Positions 1 to 8,758 of a DNA stretch of 64,000 nucleotides are shown here, piece after piece. Every line of letters starts with the position of its first letter. Position 1 is the stretch's first letter. The notes beneath the pieces were generated by a model. It saw only the letters and a list, made by a program, of their open reading frames with translations, was not told the DNA's origin and did not search any database. The stretch comes from Phycisphaerae bacterium (GTDB lineage Bacteria > Planctomycetota > Phycisphaerae > UBA1845 > Fen-1342): contig JASFQK010000001.1 of the NCBI GenBank assembly GCA_050115495.1, forward strand, positions 96,001 through 160,000, given 5' to 3'. The position numbers and the translations under genes were made by a program.

Positions 1-523
1 GAACTCCAATCGTGCCCACGGTCAGCGGCACGCCGTACGGCAGAAGCTGGCTGGTCACCCCAAACGTTCGTGCCCCGCCATACTCACCGAAGGCCGTGTC
101 CAGCCGACGGACCTTCTCCAGAATCGTCTGCATGTTCGTCAGGGCATGCACGGTCCGGCCCGTCGCCGTGATCATCACCACCGCGACCACACCGCCGATA
201 ATCGCGCCCGCCGCGAAGCTGATCAGCGTCAGCCACGGCCCCAGCCACACCCCGATCGCCATCATCAGCTTCACGTCGCCCGCACCCATGCCGTGCATCA
301 GCCAGGGCACGATCAGCACCGCGAAGCCCACGAGCAGACCCAGTGCCCCCACGCCCAATCCTCCCCAGCCATGGTAAATCGCCTGGACGGTGAAGCCCGC
401 CACAGCGATGGCGGCGTTCAGCCAGTTCGGCACCCGTCGCTGCGCGTAGTCAATCCACGACGCATACAGAATGCCCGGAACCAGCAGCGCCAGCGTGATT
501 TCCCAGTAGCCAACGTTCGTCAT
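1..523 (-). CDS. cpaA: Prepilin peptidase, A24 family (CpaA/TadV); runs off the window start
   Basis: Manual translation from ATG at 523: MTNVGYWEITLALLVPGILYASWIDYAQRRVPNWL...HGMGAGDVKLMMAIGVWLG...LPYGVPL. Contains the D..R.PN and GAGDVKL motifs and lies directly downstream of flp. Confidence 0.9.
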   Translation of the reverse strand, partial: MTNVGYWEITLALLVPGILYASWIDYAQRRVPNWLNAAIAVAGFTVQAIYHGWGGLGVGALGLLVGFAVLIVPWLMHGMGAGDVKLMMAIGVWLGPWLTLISFAAGAIIGGVVAVVMITATGRTVHALTNMQTILEKVRRLDTAFGEYGGARTFGVTSQLLPYGVPLTVGTIGV

Positions 524-609
524 ACCGGCTGCTCCAGTCGTGTCCCATCGGAAATGGGGTCGCGGCAGGCCGCGGCCCTTCCCTTTCATCGGTCCTTCGG
601 AAGCTGCGG

Positions 610-659
610 AGAAAAAACACGCGGACGGCGGCGAGCCGCTTGCGACCGCCGCCGTCCGC
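610..659 (-). terminator. Rho-independent terminator between flp and cpaA
   Basis: GCGGACGGCGG...CCGCCGTCCGC stem (621-659) followed on the minus strand by a T-tract (aaaaaa at 612-617). Confidence 0.7.
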
Positions 660-690
660 TGGCTTTCAATAGCGACGACGTCGCCGCCGT

Positions 691-864
691 TTACGTACCG
701 TCGGGCAGCGCGGTCTCAACGTTGCTGAAGATGGTGCTGACCTTGTTGCCCAGCAGGGTAATCGCCGCCAGGGCAACAATGATGATCAGGGCGAGCATGA
801 CCGCGTACTCAGTCGCGGTCGGGCCGTCTTCGTTGACCAGGAAACTCTTGATGCGATTCATCAT
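691..864 (-). CDS. flp: Flp family type IVb pilin
   Basis: 57 aa MMNRIKSFLVNEDGPTATEYAVMLALIIIV..., with the G/xxxxEY Flp motif and a hydrophobic helix; [11 protein letters not shown] upstream. Confidence 0.95.
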   Translation of the reverse strand: MMNRIKSFLVNEDGPTATEYAVMLALIIIVALAAITLLGNKVSTIFSNVETALPDGT

Positions 865-891
865 GGACTTCTCCTTCCTTTCGCGTGCTTG

Positions 892-987
892 CGGCAAGAC
901 AACCCTGCCAGGTTCCACCGCTTCCCTGCCAAACCTGCCGCTTTTCCGCTTCCCACTCCGGACAGCACTGGCAGGAACGCCCTGCCA
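892..987. promoter_or_regulatory. Repeated TGGCAGG-N5-CCTGCCA palindromes upstream of flp
   Basis: Perfect copy at 969-987, degenerate copy CGGCAAG-ACAAC-CCTGCCA at 892-910, half-sites CCTGCC at 925-939. Confidence 0.5.
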
Positions 988-1209
988 TGTGGATTTCGCT
1001 CGCGTGCCTCGAACGGCAAATGATGCCCCCATTGCTTCTCCACCCCGGCCTTCGCGCCGGTCAGCAGACACCCGAAATGTTCAAAACGGTGTCAGCCTGG
1101 GCAAGTCCGCCCCGAAATTTGGACCGGCAAATTCAAACCCCCCGCCACCCCTTTCCACTCCAGGGGCGATAACCCGCGCAAACCACCCGTTGGAGAATGC
1201 CCCCGCGCC

Positions 1210-2730
1210 CTAGACCTGCGCCGCGAGCGCCCGCCGCATCACCTCCCGCGGCGCCGTCTGACCATGCCACAACCCAAACTGCCCCGCCGCCTGCCCGATA
1301 AACAGCGCCTCACCCCCAACCACCCGCGCCCCCGCCGCCCGCGCCTCGCGCAACAACCGCGTTTCCGCCGGCGTGTACACCGCGTCCACCACCACCATAT
1401 TCGGACCGAGCGCCGCCGCCGGCATCGGCGACGCCTCCACCGCCGGCGTCATCCCCACACTAGTACAGTTAATAGCGACATCCGCCCCGCGCGTCGTCCG
1501 CGACGACCACTCGCCCCAGTCACAACCGAGTTCTCGGGCCAACGCCTCCGCCCGCACCGCCGTCCGGTTATACACCGTCACCTGCCCCCCATCCGCGAGC
1601 ACCGCGCTCACCACCGCCCGCGCCACGCCACCCGCCCCCAAAACCGCCACGCGCCTGCCCGCTGCAACGACGCTCGCTCCCGCCAGCGCCGCACGCACGC
1701 CGGCCACATCGGTGTTGTCCCCCGCCCAGCCGCCTTCCGTCCACGTCAAAGTATTTGCCGCCCCCGCCCGCTGGGCCGCCTCAATGACCGATAACCCGCG
1801 TTCGAGCAGCCACCGCCGGGCGTGCTCCTTGTGTGGTACCGTCACGCTCAGACCGCGCACGCCCAACTCCGCGTGCGCGTCTAGATAATCAAGAAGGGCC
1901 GCCAGGTCCTCGTACGTCGGTCGCACCGGCATGGGCACATACACCCCGTCGATCCCGCACGCCGCCATCGCCGCATTGTGCACGTGCGGACTGCGCGAAT
2001 GCGCCACCGGCCAACCGACGACGCCATACACGGCTGTATCCGCGCCAATCTCGTCCCACCGGTACAGCGTCCGCAGCTCCTCGACCGTCGGCTGTCCCGG
2101 CGCCGACTCCGCCCCGCGCCGCCCGCTGGCAAACGTCAGGAACGCGCCGAACTTCTTCGCCAGCACCCGGCTGGCCAGACCAGCCTCGCCCATCGTCAGC
2201 GCGATCACGTCCCGCCGCGCCGCATGCCGCCGCACGAACGCCAGCACCCGCCACGCGTCCGTCACATCCCCCGCCCGAAACACCAGCTTCACCACATCCG
2301 CCGACGAGGCCAGCAGCGGCGCCGCCTGCGCCTCCAGATCCGCCGGCGTTTCCCGCCAGTCGTGATGCGACAGGATCAGCCGATTCGCCCCGCCGGCGCG
2401 CAGCGGCTCCCACAATGCCGCGTTCTGCGCCCAACTGGCGTATTCCACGTCCACGAACCCCGGCCGCGCCGCCGCCAGCCGCCCCAGCCGCGCCGCCCGC
2501 TCCGCATCCGTCTCCTCACAAGCTCCCCCCTCCCCAGCGGTGCGCAGCGTCAGAATCATCGGCAGCAGCCGCGGCCCGCGCAGCAGCTCTGCCACGGCCG
2601 CATCATCCCCCAGCAAGTCCAGCCGCAACTCAACCAGATCCGCCCCCGCCGACGCCGCGGCCTCCACCTGCTCCGCCAGTGGCGGATCCACGCCCACCAC
2701 CGGCACCGCCACCAACGTCCGCCCAGACAT
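1210..2730 (-). CDS. aroDE: Bifunctional type I 3-dehydroquinate dehydratase / shikimate dehydrogenase
   Basis: N-terminal DLVELRLD, ILSHHD, SAPGQ (AroD); C-terminal HSRSP..HN, SVTVPHK, NTD, GAGGVARA (AroE). Confidence 0.93.
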   Translation of the reverse strand: MSGRTLVAVPVVGVDPPLAEQVEAAASAGADLVELRLDLLGDDAAVAELLRGPRLLPMILTLRTAGEGGACEETDAERAARLGRLAAARPGFVDVEYASWAQNAALWEPLRAGGANRLILSHHDWRETPADLEAQAAPLLASSADVVKLVFRAGDVTDAWRVLAFVRRHAARRDVIALTMGEAGLASRVLAKKFGAFLTFASGRRGAESAPGQPTVEELRTLYRWDEIGADTAVYGVVGWPVAHSRSPHVHNAAMAACGIDGVYVPMPVRPTYEDLAALLDYLDAHAELGVRGLSVTVPHKEHARRWLLERGLSVIEAAQRAGAANTLTWTEGGWAGDNTDVAGVRAALAGASVVAAGRRVAVLGAGGVARAVVSAVLADGGQVTVYNRTAVRAEALARELGCDWGEWSSRTTRGADVAINCTSVGMTPAVEASPMPAAALGPNMVVVDAVYTPAETRLLREARAAGARVVGGEALFIGQAAGQFGLWHGQTAPREVMRRALAAQV

Positions 2731-2865
2731 GCCAACCTCTCTACTGCTCAACTCTCTCGCGCAGCGTGCCTCCGGTCGCTCTCTCGCCAGCACTGCTCAC
2801 AGTGTGCCACTGCTCTTGAGCAGTGCTCTTCGTCCGCCGCAAGAACAAACAGACCTCGGCAACCG

Positions 2866-2929
2866 ACGGCCGACACGGAGGTCGGCCGCTACCAGACGGG
2901 TGCCACTGGTGGCTTGCCCACCAGTGCCC
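2866..2929. repeat. REP-like doublet (GTAG-headed hairpin plus GGTGCCACTGG hairpin)
   Basis: ACGGCCGACACGGAGGTCGGCCGCTAC (2866-2892) and GGGTGCCACTGGTGGCTTGCCCACCAGTGCCC (2898-2929); both recur elsewhere in the window. Confidence 0.8.
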
Positions 2930-2942
2930 CTCGTCCACCAAC

Positions 2943-3548
2943 CTACAGGCCTTCGAGCAACGTCGCCGGCCGCGTCTGCAGCGCCGCACACACCCGCGCG
3001 AACGTCCACGTCGTCGTGCCCGTCTTGCCCGTCTCGATCTGTGAGAGTTGGGCCGGGCTCAGCCCGCTGGCCGCCGCCACGTCGTTCAGTGTCCGTTGCG
3101 CCGCCGTCCGCGCCTCGCGCAGCAGCGCCCCCAGGCGTTGGTTGTACTCCTCCTCGGTACGCACCGCGACGCCCATCTGCACCAGCAGGCGTTCGAGCGC
3201 CGCCAGCACGGTCGGTCGCTGGATAGGCTTCTCCAGGATATCTCGCGCCCCGGCCCGCACGGCGGCGATCACGTGCGACACCTCGGGGAACGCGGCCATG
3301 ACGATGACCTCTGTCCGTGGCGAAACGCGCCGCAATTCCGCAATCAACGCCGGCGCATCCGTCTCCGGCAAGCGCAGGTCCACCAGGGCCAACGGCGCGA
3401 ACACCCGCCCCGCATACTCCACCGCCGCCGCCGCCGTCGTAAACGGCACGACGTCGTACGCCGCCTCCGTCAGCCACGCCCCCACCTTCCGGCACACCTT
3501 GTCGTCGTCGTCGACCAGCAGCACCCGGACAGGTATCAAATGAATCAT
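2943..3548 (-). CDS. Response regulator: REC domain plus C-terminal XRE HTH
   Basis: VLLVDDD...LVDLRLP...EKP receiver followed by LREARTAAQRTLNDVAAASGLSPAQLSQIETGK. Confidence 0.85.
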   Translation of the reverse strand: MIHLIPVRVLLVDDDDKVCRKVGAWLTEAAYDVVPFTTAAAAVEYAGRVFAPLALVDLRLPETDAPALIAELRRVSPRTEVIVMAAFPEVSHVIAAVRAGARDILEKPIQRPTVLAALERLLVQMGVAVRTEEEYNQRLGALLREARTAAQRTLNDVAAASGLSPAQLSQIETGKTGTTTWTFARVCAALQTRPATLLEGL

Positions 3549-3850
3549 GGCGTCATTGTCCCTGGCTGTGGCCCCCGGTCCAGGGAGGGCTCCGCTGCGG
3601 TCTGCTCCGCCCCCGGATCGCCCCCCGGCTCTTCATAGGTGAACACCTCGTCCACCCGCCGGCCGAAGACGCGGGCAATGCGGAAGGCCAGGGCGAGTGA
3701 CGGGACGTGCCGGCCGGCCTCGATCGCCAGGATCGTCTGCCGCGTCACGCCCACCCGCCGAGCGAGCTCGTGCTGCGTCATCTCCCCCGTTTCGAACCGC
3801 AGCCGCCGCACGCCGTTACCAATCCCGGCCGCCAATCGCCACCTCCTCAC
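3545..3850 (-). CDS. XRE-family HTH transcriptional regulator
   Basis: MTQHELARRVGVTRQTILAIEAGRHVPSLALAFRIARVF; 4-nt overlap with the downstream REC-XRE gene. Confidence 0.88.
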   Translation of the reverse strand: MRRWRLAAGIGNGVRRLRFETGEMTQHELARRVGVTRQTILAIEAGRHVPSLALAFRIARVFGRRVDEVFTYEEPGGDPGAEQTAAEPSLDRGPQPGTMTP

Positions 3851-3887
3851 CGCCGCCTCGCACGCCGAGAGCGGCCTTCACGGCCAA

Positions 3888-3928
3888 AAAGTAAAATATA
3901 CTTTACTTTATGTCTAGTACATTTTACA
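3888..3928. promoter_or_regulatory. Tandem palindromic operators in an AT-rich patch
   Basis: AAAGTAAA-ATATAC-TTTACTTT (3888-3909) and degenerate TGTCTA-GTACAT-TTTACA (3911-3928) upstream of the XRE gene. Confidence 0.65.
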
Positions 3929-4108
3929 TTTTCGGCCCGCGGCCGGCCGCGCCTGTCAGGACTTGTCCACCGGCGCAGGAAGTGCCCCAGGGGTGCAGCC
4001 GCCGTAGACACTGCATGTACAATAGAGGGGTTTACCGGACTGACGGCGTCGGCAGGGCTGCACAGGGGCGGCCCCGGCCGGCCAGGCGACCGTATGAAGG
4101 AGTCCCGC

Positions 4109-5200
4109 ATGACCCGCGTCGCCCTTCTGGCGTTGTTTGTCATCGCGCTGCTGGTGGCCCCCAGCGCCACCGCCCAGATCTACGACGAGGAAGAGGACCA
4201 GCCCGCCAAGCGCCACGAGCCGTATCCCGACGGCCCCTGGCCCACCCAGAAGATGATGGAGCTCGTCATCGACCGCTTCACCGAGGAGGTCGGCCACTCC
4301 CTCAATCTCGACGAGGACCAGCTCTACAACATGCGCGAGATCTACAAGGAGCGCGTGCCCACTTGGCTGAACGACAATCGGGCCGCCGTCCAGACCGTGT
4401 TCAACCAATATCTCGAGACACTGCTGGAGCGCGACGCCCCCGACCCGCTCGACGTGGCCGACTGGGCCACCCGGGCCAAGCCGCTCCTCGAAGAATTCAG
4501 CGGTCTGATCAGTGACACGGTCGTCGACATGGAGCCCTACCTCACCGAAGAGCAACAACTCATGTACGAAGCCCAGATGGCCTCGTTCCAGAGCGCCACC
4601 GGCTACCTCAGCCACCGGCTCGAAGGCTGGAGCGAGGGCAACTTCGATGCGGAAACCGAATGGCACCGCAGCCCGAACTTCGGGGCCGCGGAAAGCCAAC
4701 GCCTGCACGATTATCACAACCAACAGGCGCAGGCCCGGGGCGAAGTGCTCGGCTACGACGAACAGGCGGCCGGCGGCGCGGGGCCGGTCGGGCAGCAGCC
4801 GAAGACCGAGCCACGCACCGCAAACCCCAAGGTCGCCGCAGCCGCCGACGAGTATGCCCGCTACGTCGAGAGTTTCATCCGCCGCTACCAGTTGAACGAG
4901 GACCAGCAGGCCCAGGCGGCCAAGTACCTCACCATGGCACAGGAGGGACGCGACAAGTACCTCCGCCGTAGCGGTGATCGCCTCGCCGCCGCCCGCGCCC
5001 GCGTGCAGGCCGCCACCGACGAACGAACCCGAGCAGCCGCTCAGCAGGCCTGCGCGCAGCTCGAACGCCCGCTGAAGCGGTATTTCCAGCAACTGAAGGA
5101 CCGGTTGAACAAGCTACCTACATCGGCCCAGCGCTTGGCCGCCGGGCAACGTGGCCTCGACCGTGACGACGCGGCCGTGGAGAAGGCCAGCGGACCCTGA
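4109..5200 (+). CDS. Secreted alpha-helical hypothetical protein with LTxxQ-like motifs (paralog A)
   Basis: [10 protein letters not shown]; signal peptide ...SATA/Q; LTEEQQ, LNEDQQ, LPTSAQR; homologous to the next gene. Confidence 0.75.
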   Translation: MTRVALLALFVIALLVAPSATAQIYDEEEDQPAKRHEPYPDGPWPTQKMMELVIDRFTEEVGHSLNLDEDQLYNMREIYKERVPTWLNDNRAAVQTVFNQYLETLLERDAPDPLDVADWATRAKPLLEEFSGLISDTVVDMEPYLTEEQQLMYEAQMASFQSATGYLSHRLEGWSEGNFDAETEWHRSPNFGAAESQRLHDYHNQQAQARGEVLGYDEQAAGGAGPVGQQPKTEPRTANPKVAAAADEYARYVESFIRRYQLNEDQQAQAAKYLTMAQEGRDKYLRRSGDRLAAARARVQAATDERTRAAAQQACAQLERPLKRYFQQLKDRLNKLPTSAQRLAAGQRGLDRDDAAVEKASGP

Positions 5201-5261
5201 GCGCCCGCCACACCCGTCGCTCCCGCCCGTTGACCACGACAGCCCCTGGAGGACACGCAAC

Positions 5262-6401
5262 ATGAGCCGCATCAGCATTCTGGCCCTGTTGAGCCTGCTC
5301 GGCCTGGCGCTCGCGCCGGTTCGCGCCCAGAATTACATGGACGAAGACCAGGACCGGCCCACCCGCCGCGAGGCCGTCCCGAGCGCCGGCCTCTTCCCGA
5401 CGCAGAGGATGATGGAGCTGTTCATCGATCGCCTCGTCGAGGATGACCTAGCCGACACGTACGGTCTTGACGAAGACCAGATCTACAACGTCCAGGACAC
5501 CCTCCGTGGCCGCTTCCCCGCCTGGCTCCAGGAGCATCGCGGCGAGATCATGCAGTTGAGCAACGAGTACTTCGAGGCCCTGCTCAACAACGAGCCCCCG
5601 AGCGCCGAACAGGTCGCCGTCTGGGCCCAGCGCGTCCTGCCGCTGATGGACGGGTTCATGGACCAGTTCGAGGGCTCGGCCGAGGACATGCGCCAGTTCC
5701 TGACCGACGACCAGCAGATCATCATGGACGGCCAGTTGGCCGCCTTCCGCGTGGGCATGAACTTCATGACGCAACGGGTCGGCGAGTGGAGCGAGGGCGG
5801 CTTCGACCCGGAGATCCACTGGATCCACAACGCGTCGGCGCAGCAGTACCAGCGTGATCAGGAAGTCCATATGCAGCAGCAGATGGACGAGGCCAAGCGC
5901 GAGGCGATGGGCGAAGCCGCGTACCAGGAATTCGAAGTCATCCGTGTGCAGCAACGCCACGCAGACCGGACCGCCACACCCCGTCCGGCGAACGACCCCA
6001 AGCTGCCCCAGGATGAATGGACGCGCTACACCGAGGACTTCATCCGCCGGTACGACCTGAACCAGGACCAGCAGAACCAGGCCCACCGCATCCTGTTCGC
6101 GCTCCAGGAGCAGCGCAACAACTACCTCCGCCGCGAGACGGTCCGCAAGCGCATCGACGAAGCCGAGAAGCTGCTCAAAGCCGCCGAGACCGACGAGCAG
6201 CGGGCTCAGGCTCAGGCCACGGTCGAGAGCCTCAAGCGCCCGCTCGAGCGCATGTTCAAGTCGCTCAAGGAGCGTCTGGACAAGCTGCCCACCCGCGCCC
6301 AGCGCGCCGCCGTCCTCGCCAAGGAAAAGGAAAAGTCCCCGACCACCCAGCCCGCCGACGACGAAACGGGCGCAAAAAGAGAGAGTCCGAGCTCGCCGTA
6401 A
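5262..6401 (+). CDS. Secreted alpha-helical hypothetical protein with LTxxQ-like motifs (paralog B)
   Basis: GGAGG RBS; signal peptide ...PVRA/Q; LTDDQQ, LNQDQQ, LPTRAQR; colinear similarity with 4109-5200. Confidence 0.75.
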   Translation: MSRISILALLSLLGLALAPVRAQNYMDEDQDRPTRREAVPSAGLFPTQRMMELFIDRLVEDDLADTYGLDEDQIYNVQDTLRGRFPAWLQEHRGEIMQLSNEYFEALLNNEPPSAEQVAVWAQRVLPLMDGFMDQFEGSAEDMRQFLTDDQQIIMDGQLAAFRVGMNFMTQRVGEWSEGGFDPEIHWIHNASAQQYQRDQEVHMQQQMDEAKREAMGEAAYQEFEVIRVQQRHADRTATPRPANDPKLPQDEWTRYTEDFIRRYDLNQDQQNQAHRILFALQEQRNNYLRRETVRKRIDEAEKLLKAAETDEQRAQAQATVESLKRPLERMFKSLKERLDKLPTRAQRAAVLAKEKEKSPTTQPADDETGAKRESPSSP

Positions 6402-6584
6402 CTCGGACCCTCAAGCCAGGCTGTCCGCTCGTCGGAGCGGAGACCCACAGCCTCAACCAACGTATCGTTCGCCGCCGCCCGGGCCTTCACGAAGCCGGCC
6501 AAGGCGGCCCGTCGGCTTGTCAGCCGGCTGGCGACAGCACCGACGCCGACCTTTTCTCGGCCCCCGCGGCGCGGCTGGTTCCGA

Positions 6585-7247
6585 TTACGGACAATCGAAC
6601 TGGCTGTACACCCGCCGATCGTAGCCGTCGGTCCCATCATCGGACGCCGCTTCGTCCTCGGCCCGCACGCGCAGCTTGTCCCCGCTGAGCGTCATCCAGT
6701 AAGTGCGCTCCCGGCCCTCGTCTCCCGCCGCCAGCGTCTCCGTGTGAATCTGCCCGGTGTACGGGTCGAAGTACACGACCGTGTCCCAGGTCACCTGGAT
6801 CCGCTGCGTGTCGAGCACCGTGTACGTACCTTCATACGACGCGAAGATCGACAGCTCCGTGCTGAGCGCATCCTGGTAGATCTGGTACGCCGCCGCTCCC
6901 GTCGCCGCGTCGAACTGAAACGCCTCGTACCCGTTGAGCACGGGCGTGCCGGTGGTCGCCCCGGCCGCCGGCTCCGTCGTCAGCACGTAGTATGTGCCCC
7001 AGCAGCTGTCGAGGCCGTTCAGGTCGTCCATCTCGGTGCCCGCCGCCACCTCCGCCAGCGCGTCGTTCCCGGCCTCCGCGAACGTCGTCCGATTCGTCTC
7101 CACGTACGCGACCGCCTGCGGCAGCGCGCTCGCGGGAACGCGGTACGTCTGCGCCGCACTATCCGAGTTCACACAACCCGCCAGTACCGCCAGGCCACCG
7201 GCAGCCACCAGAATCCACGTGTAACGGCGATTGGCCATAGCCACCAT
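6585..7247 (-). CDS. Hypothetical lipoprotein
   Basis: AAGGAG RBS; MVAMANRRYTWILVAAGGLAVLAG/C lipobox. Confidence 0.7.
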   Translation of the reverse strand: MVAMANRRYTWILVAAGGLAVLAGCVNSDSAAQTYRVPASALPQAVAYVETNRTTFAEAGNDALAEVAAGTEMDDLNGLDSCWGTYYVLTTEPAAGATTGTPVLNGYEAFQFDAATGAAAYQIYQDALSTELSIFASYEGTYTVLDTQRIQVTWDTVVYFDPYTGQIHTETLAAGDEGRERTYWMTLSGDKLRVRAEDEAASDDGTDGYDRRVYSQFDCP

Positions 7248-7308
7248 GAATCTCCTTCTCACAAGCCCACGTCTCCGGTCCCGGCCGCGTCAACGGCCAC
7301 TGCTTCGC

Positions 7309-8055
7309 CTACGATCCGCGGCGTCGCCAGGCGTCGTCGATCGCCGTCAGCGCCTCGCGACACCCGCCGCGGACGATCACGTCCGCGAGGTACGATTGTT
7401 CTGTCTGGTTCGGATTAACCTCGATCACCGTCGCCCCCAGCGCCTTGGCCGCGTCGGCGAGTGACGCCGCCGGCTGCACCACGCCGCTCGTGCCGATGAC
7501 CAGGAACACGTCGCAGCGCTGGGCGGCGCTGAAGGCCGTTTCGATCGCTCCCGCCGGCAGCGGCTCGCCGAACCAGACCACCGCTGGCCGCAGCCGCTTC
7601 ATGCACACCGGGCAGGACGGGTCGGGCCCGAGGTCCTCCAGCCCCTGCACCTCGTAGTCACAGAACGTGCACCGCGCCATATCCAGCCGGCCGTGCAGCT
7701 CGACGATCTTCTTCGAGCCGGCCCGCTCGTGCAGCCCGTCGATGTTCTGCGTCACCAGCGTGAAGTCGTCGATGCGCTGCTCCCACTCCGCCAGCAGCCG
7801 ATGTCCCTCGTGCGGCTCGATTTCCAGCAGCTTCTGCCGCCGCCAGCGGTACCAGGACCAGAGCTTCTCCGGATCCCGGCGGAACCCCTCCGGCGTGGCC
7901 AGCTCCTCGGCATTGAACTTCGACCACAAGCCGGTCTCATCGTCGCGGAACGTTTCGATCCCCGACTCTTTCGACATCCCGGCCCCGGTCGAGACGCAAA
8001 CGCTCCGCGCCGCGTTCAGAAGCTCCGCCGCTCGTCCGATCGCTCGCTCATCCAT
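7309..8055 (-). CDS. cobB: NAD-dependent protein deacylase (class III sirtuin)
   Basis: TGAGMSKESGIETFR, TQNIDGLH, ELHG, CxxC...CxxC, LRPAVVWFGE, GTSGVVQPA. Confidence 0.93.
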   Translation of the reverse strand: MDERAIGRAAELLNAARSVCVSTGAGMSKESGIETFRDDETGLWSKFNAEELATPEGFRRDPEKLWSWYRWRRQKLLEIEPHEGHRLLAEWEQRIDDFTLVTQNIDGLHERAGSKKIVELHGRLDMARCTFCDYEVQGLEDLGPDPSCPVCMKRLRPAVVWFGEPLPAGAIETAFSAAQRCDVFLVIGTSGVVQPAASLADAAKALGATVIEVNPNQTEQSYLADVIVRGGCREALTAIDDAWRRRGS

Positions 8056-8125
8056 GCCGCCAGTGTACGCGTCCGCCCCCGGACGGCAACACGAGCCACG
8101 CTAGGCCTGCCAGACCGCCGCCGTG

Positions 8126-8758
8126 TCAGCGCTTCGTTTCGACCAGGCTGTTCAGGTAAGTGACGAGAACATCGGCCGACGTGGAGGGGTTATCGGTCGG
8201 CGCGCGACCATTCCGCTCGTGCGATTTCCGCAACGCCTCCGCCCGCTTCACAGCCTTGTCCTGGCGGCCGGCGAGCAGGTCGAAAACGTCGGCCGACTTC
8301 GTGTAATTCGTCATGTGCTTCTTCAGCTCGCGCAATGCCTCGACGCTGGTGAGCGACGCCCGCTGTTCGGCGAAGTGCAGGAGATACCAGAGCTCGAAAC
8401 ACGGGTTGGAGAAAGCGATGCGGATCTTCTCCCGGCGCATCTCGGCGAGCACCTCCCCTATTCTCGGCCGAGCGTCGTCGTCCAAGACGCACCAGATCTG
8501 GCTGAACCGTTGACCATACCGGCCCCGCCACGCATGCCCCGCCGCGACGGAGCGTACCAAGGCAGCGCAGCTCGGCTCGTGGTCAACATTCACATTGCTC
8601 AGCCGCAGTTCGCGCTTGATGGCCCGAAAGTAGTTCGGCTCCGTCTTCCGGCCTTCGCAGACGATACGCACAAGTGGGCGCGGTTCGCGATGCGGCCTGC
8701 CCCTGCTGGGAAGACGCTGCCTTCTGCGGCCACCGGCACGTCCACCCCCATCCGTCAT
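8126..8758 (-). CDS. rloB: RloB family (TOPRIM-like) protein
   Basis: IVCEGRKTEPNYF, WCVLDDD, SNPCFELWYLLHF and NPST motifs. Confidence 0.9.
   Translation of the reverse strand: MTDGGGRAGGRRRQRLPSRGRPHREPRPLVRIVCEGRKTEPNYFRAIKRELRLSNVNVDHEPSCAALVRSVAAGHAWRGRYGQRFSQIWCVLDDDARPRIGEVLAEMRREKIRIAFSNPCFELWYLLHFAEQRASLTSVEALRELKKHMTNYTKSADVFDLLAGRQDKAVKRAEALRKSHERNGRAPTDNPSTSADVLVTYLNSLVETKR

Noticed and set aside
892..987. Sigma54 promoter upstream of flp (TGGCAG...TTGC)
   Set aside because: GG-to-GC spacing is 12 nt rather than the required 10; better read as palindromic operators.
7309..8055. Sirtuin next to RloAB as a Sir2-type defence effector (three-gene system)
   Set aside because: It has all CobB housekeeping motifs including the Zn-binding cysteines, host-like codon usage and a 70-bp gap; defence SIR2 NADases look different.
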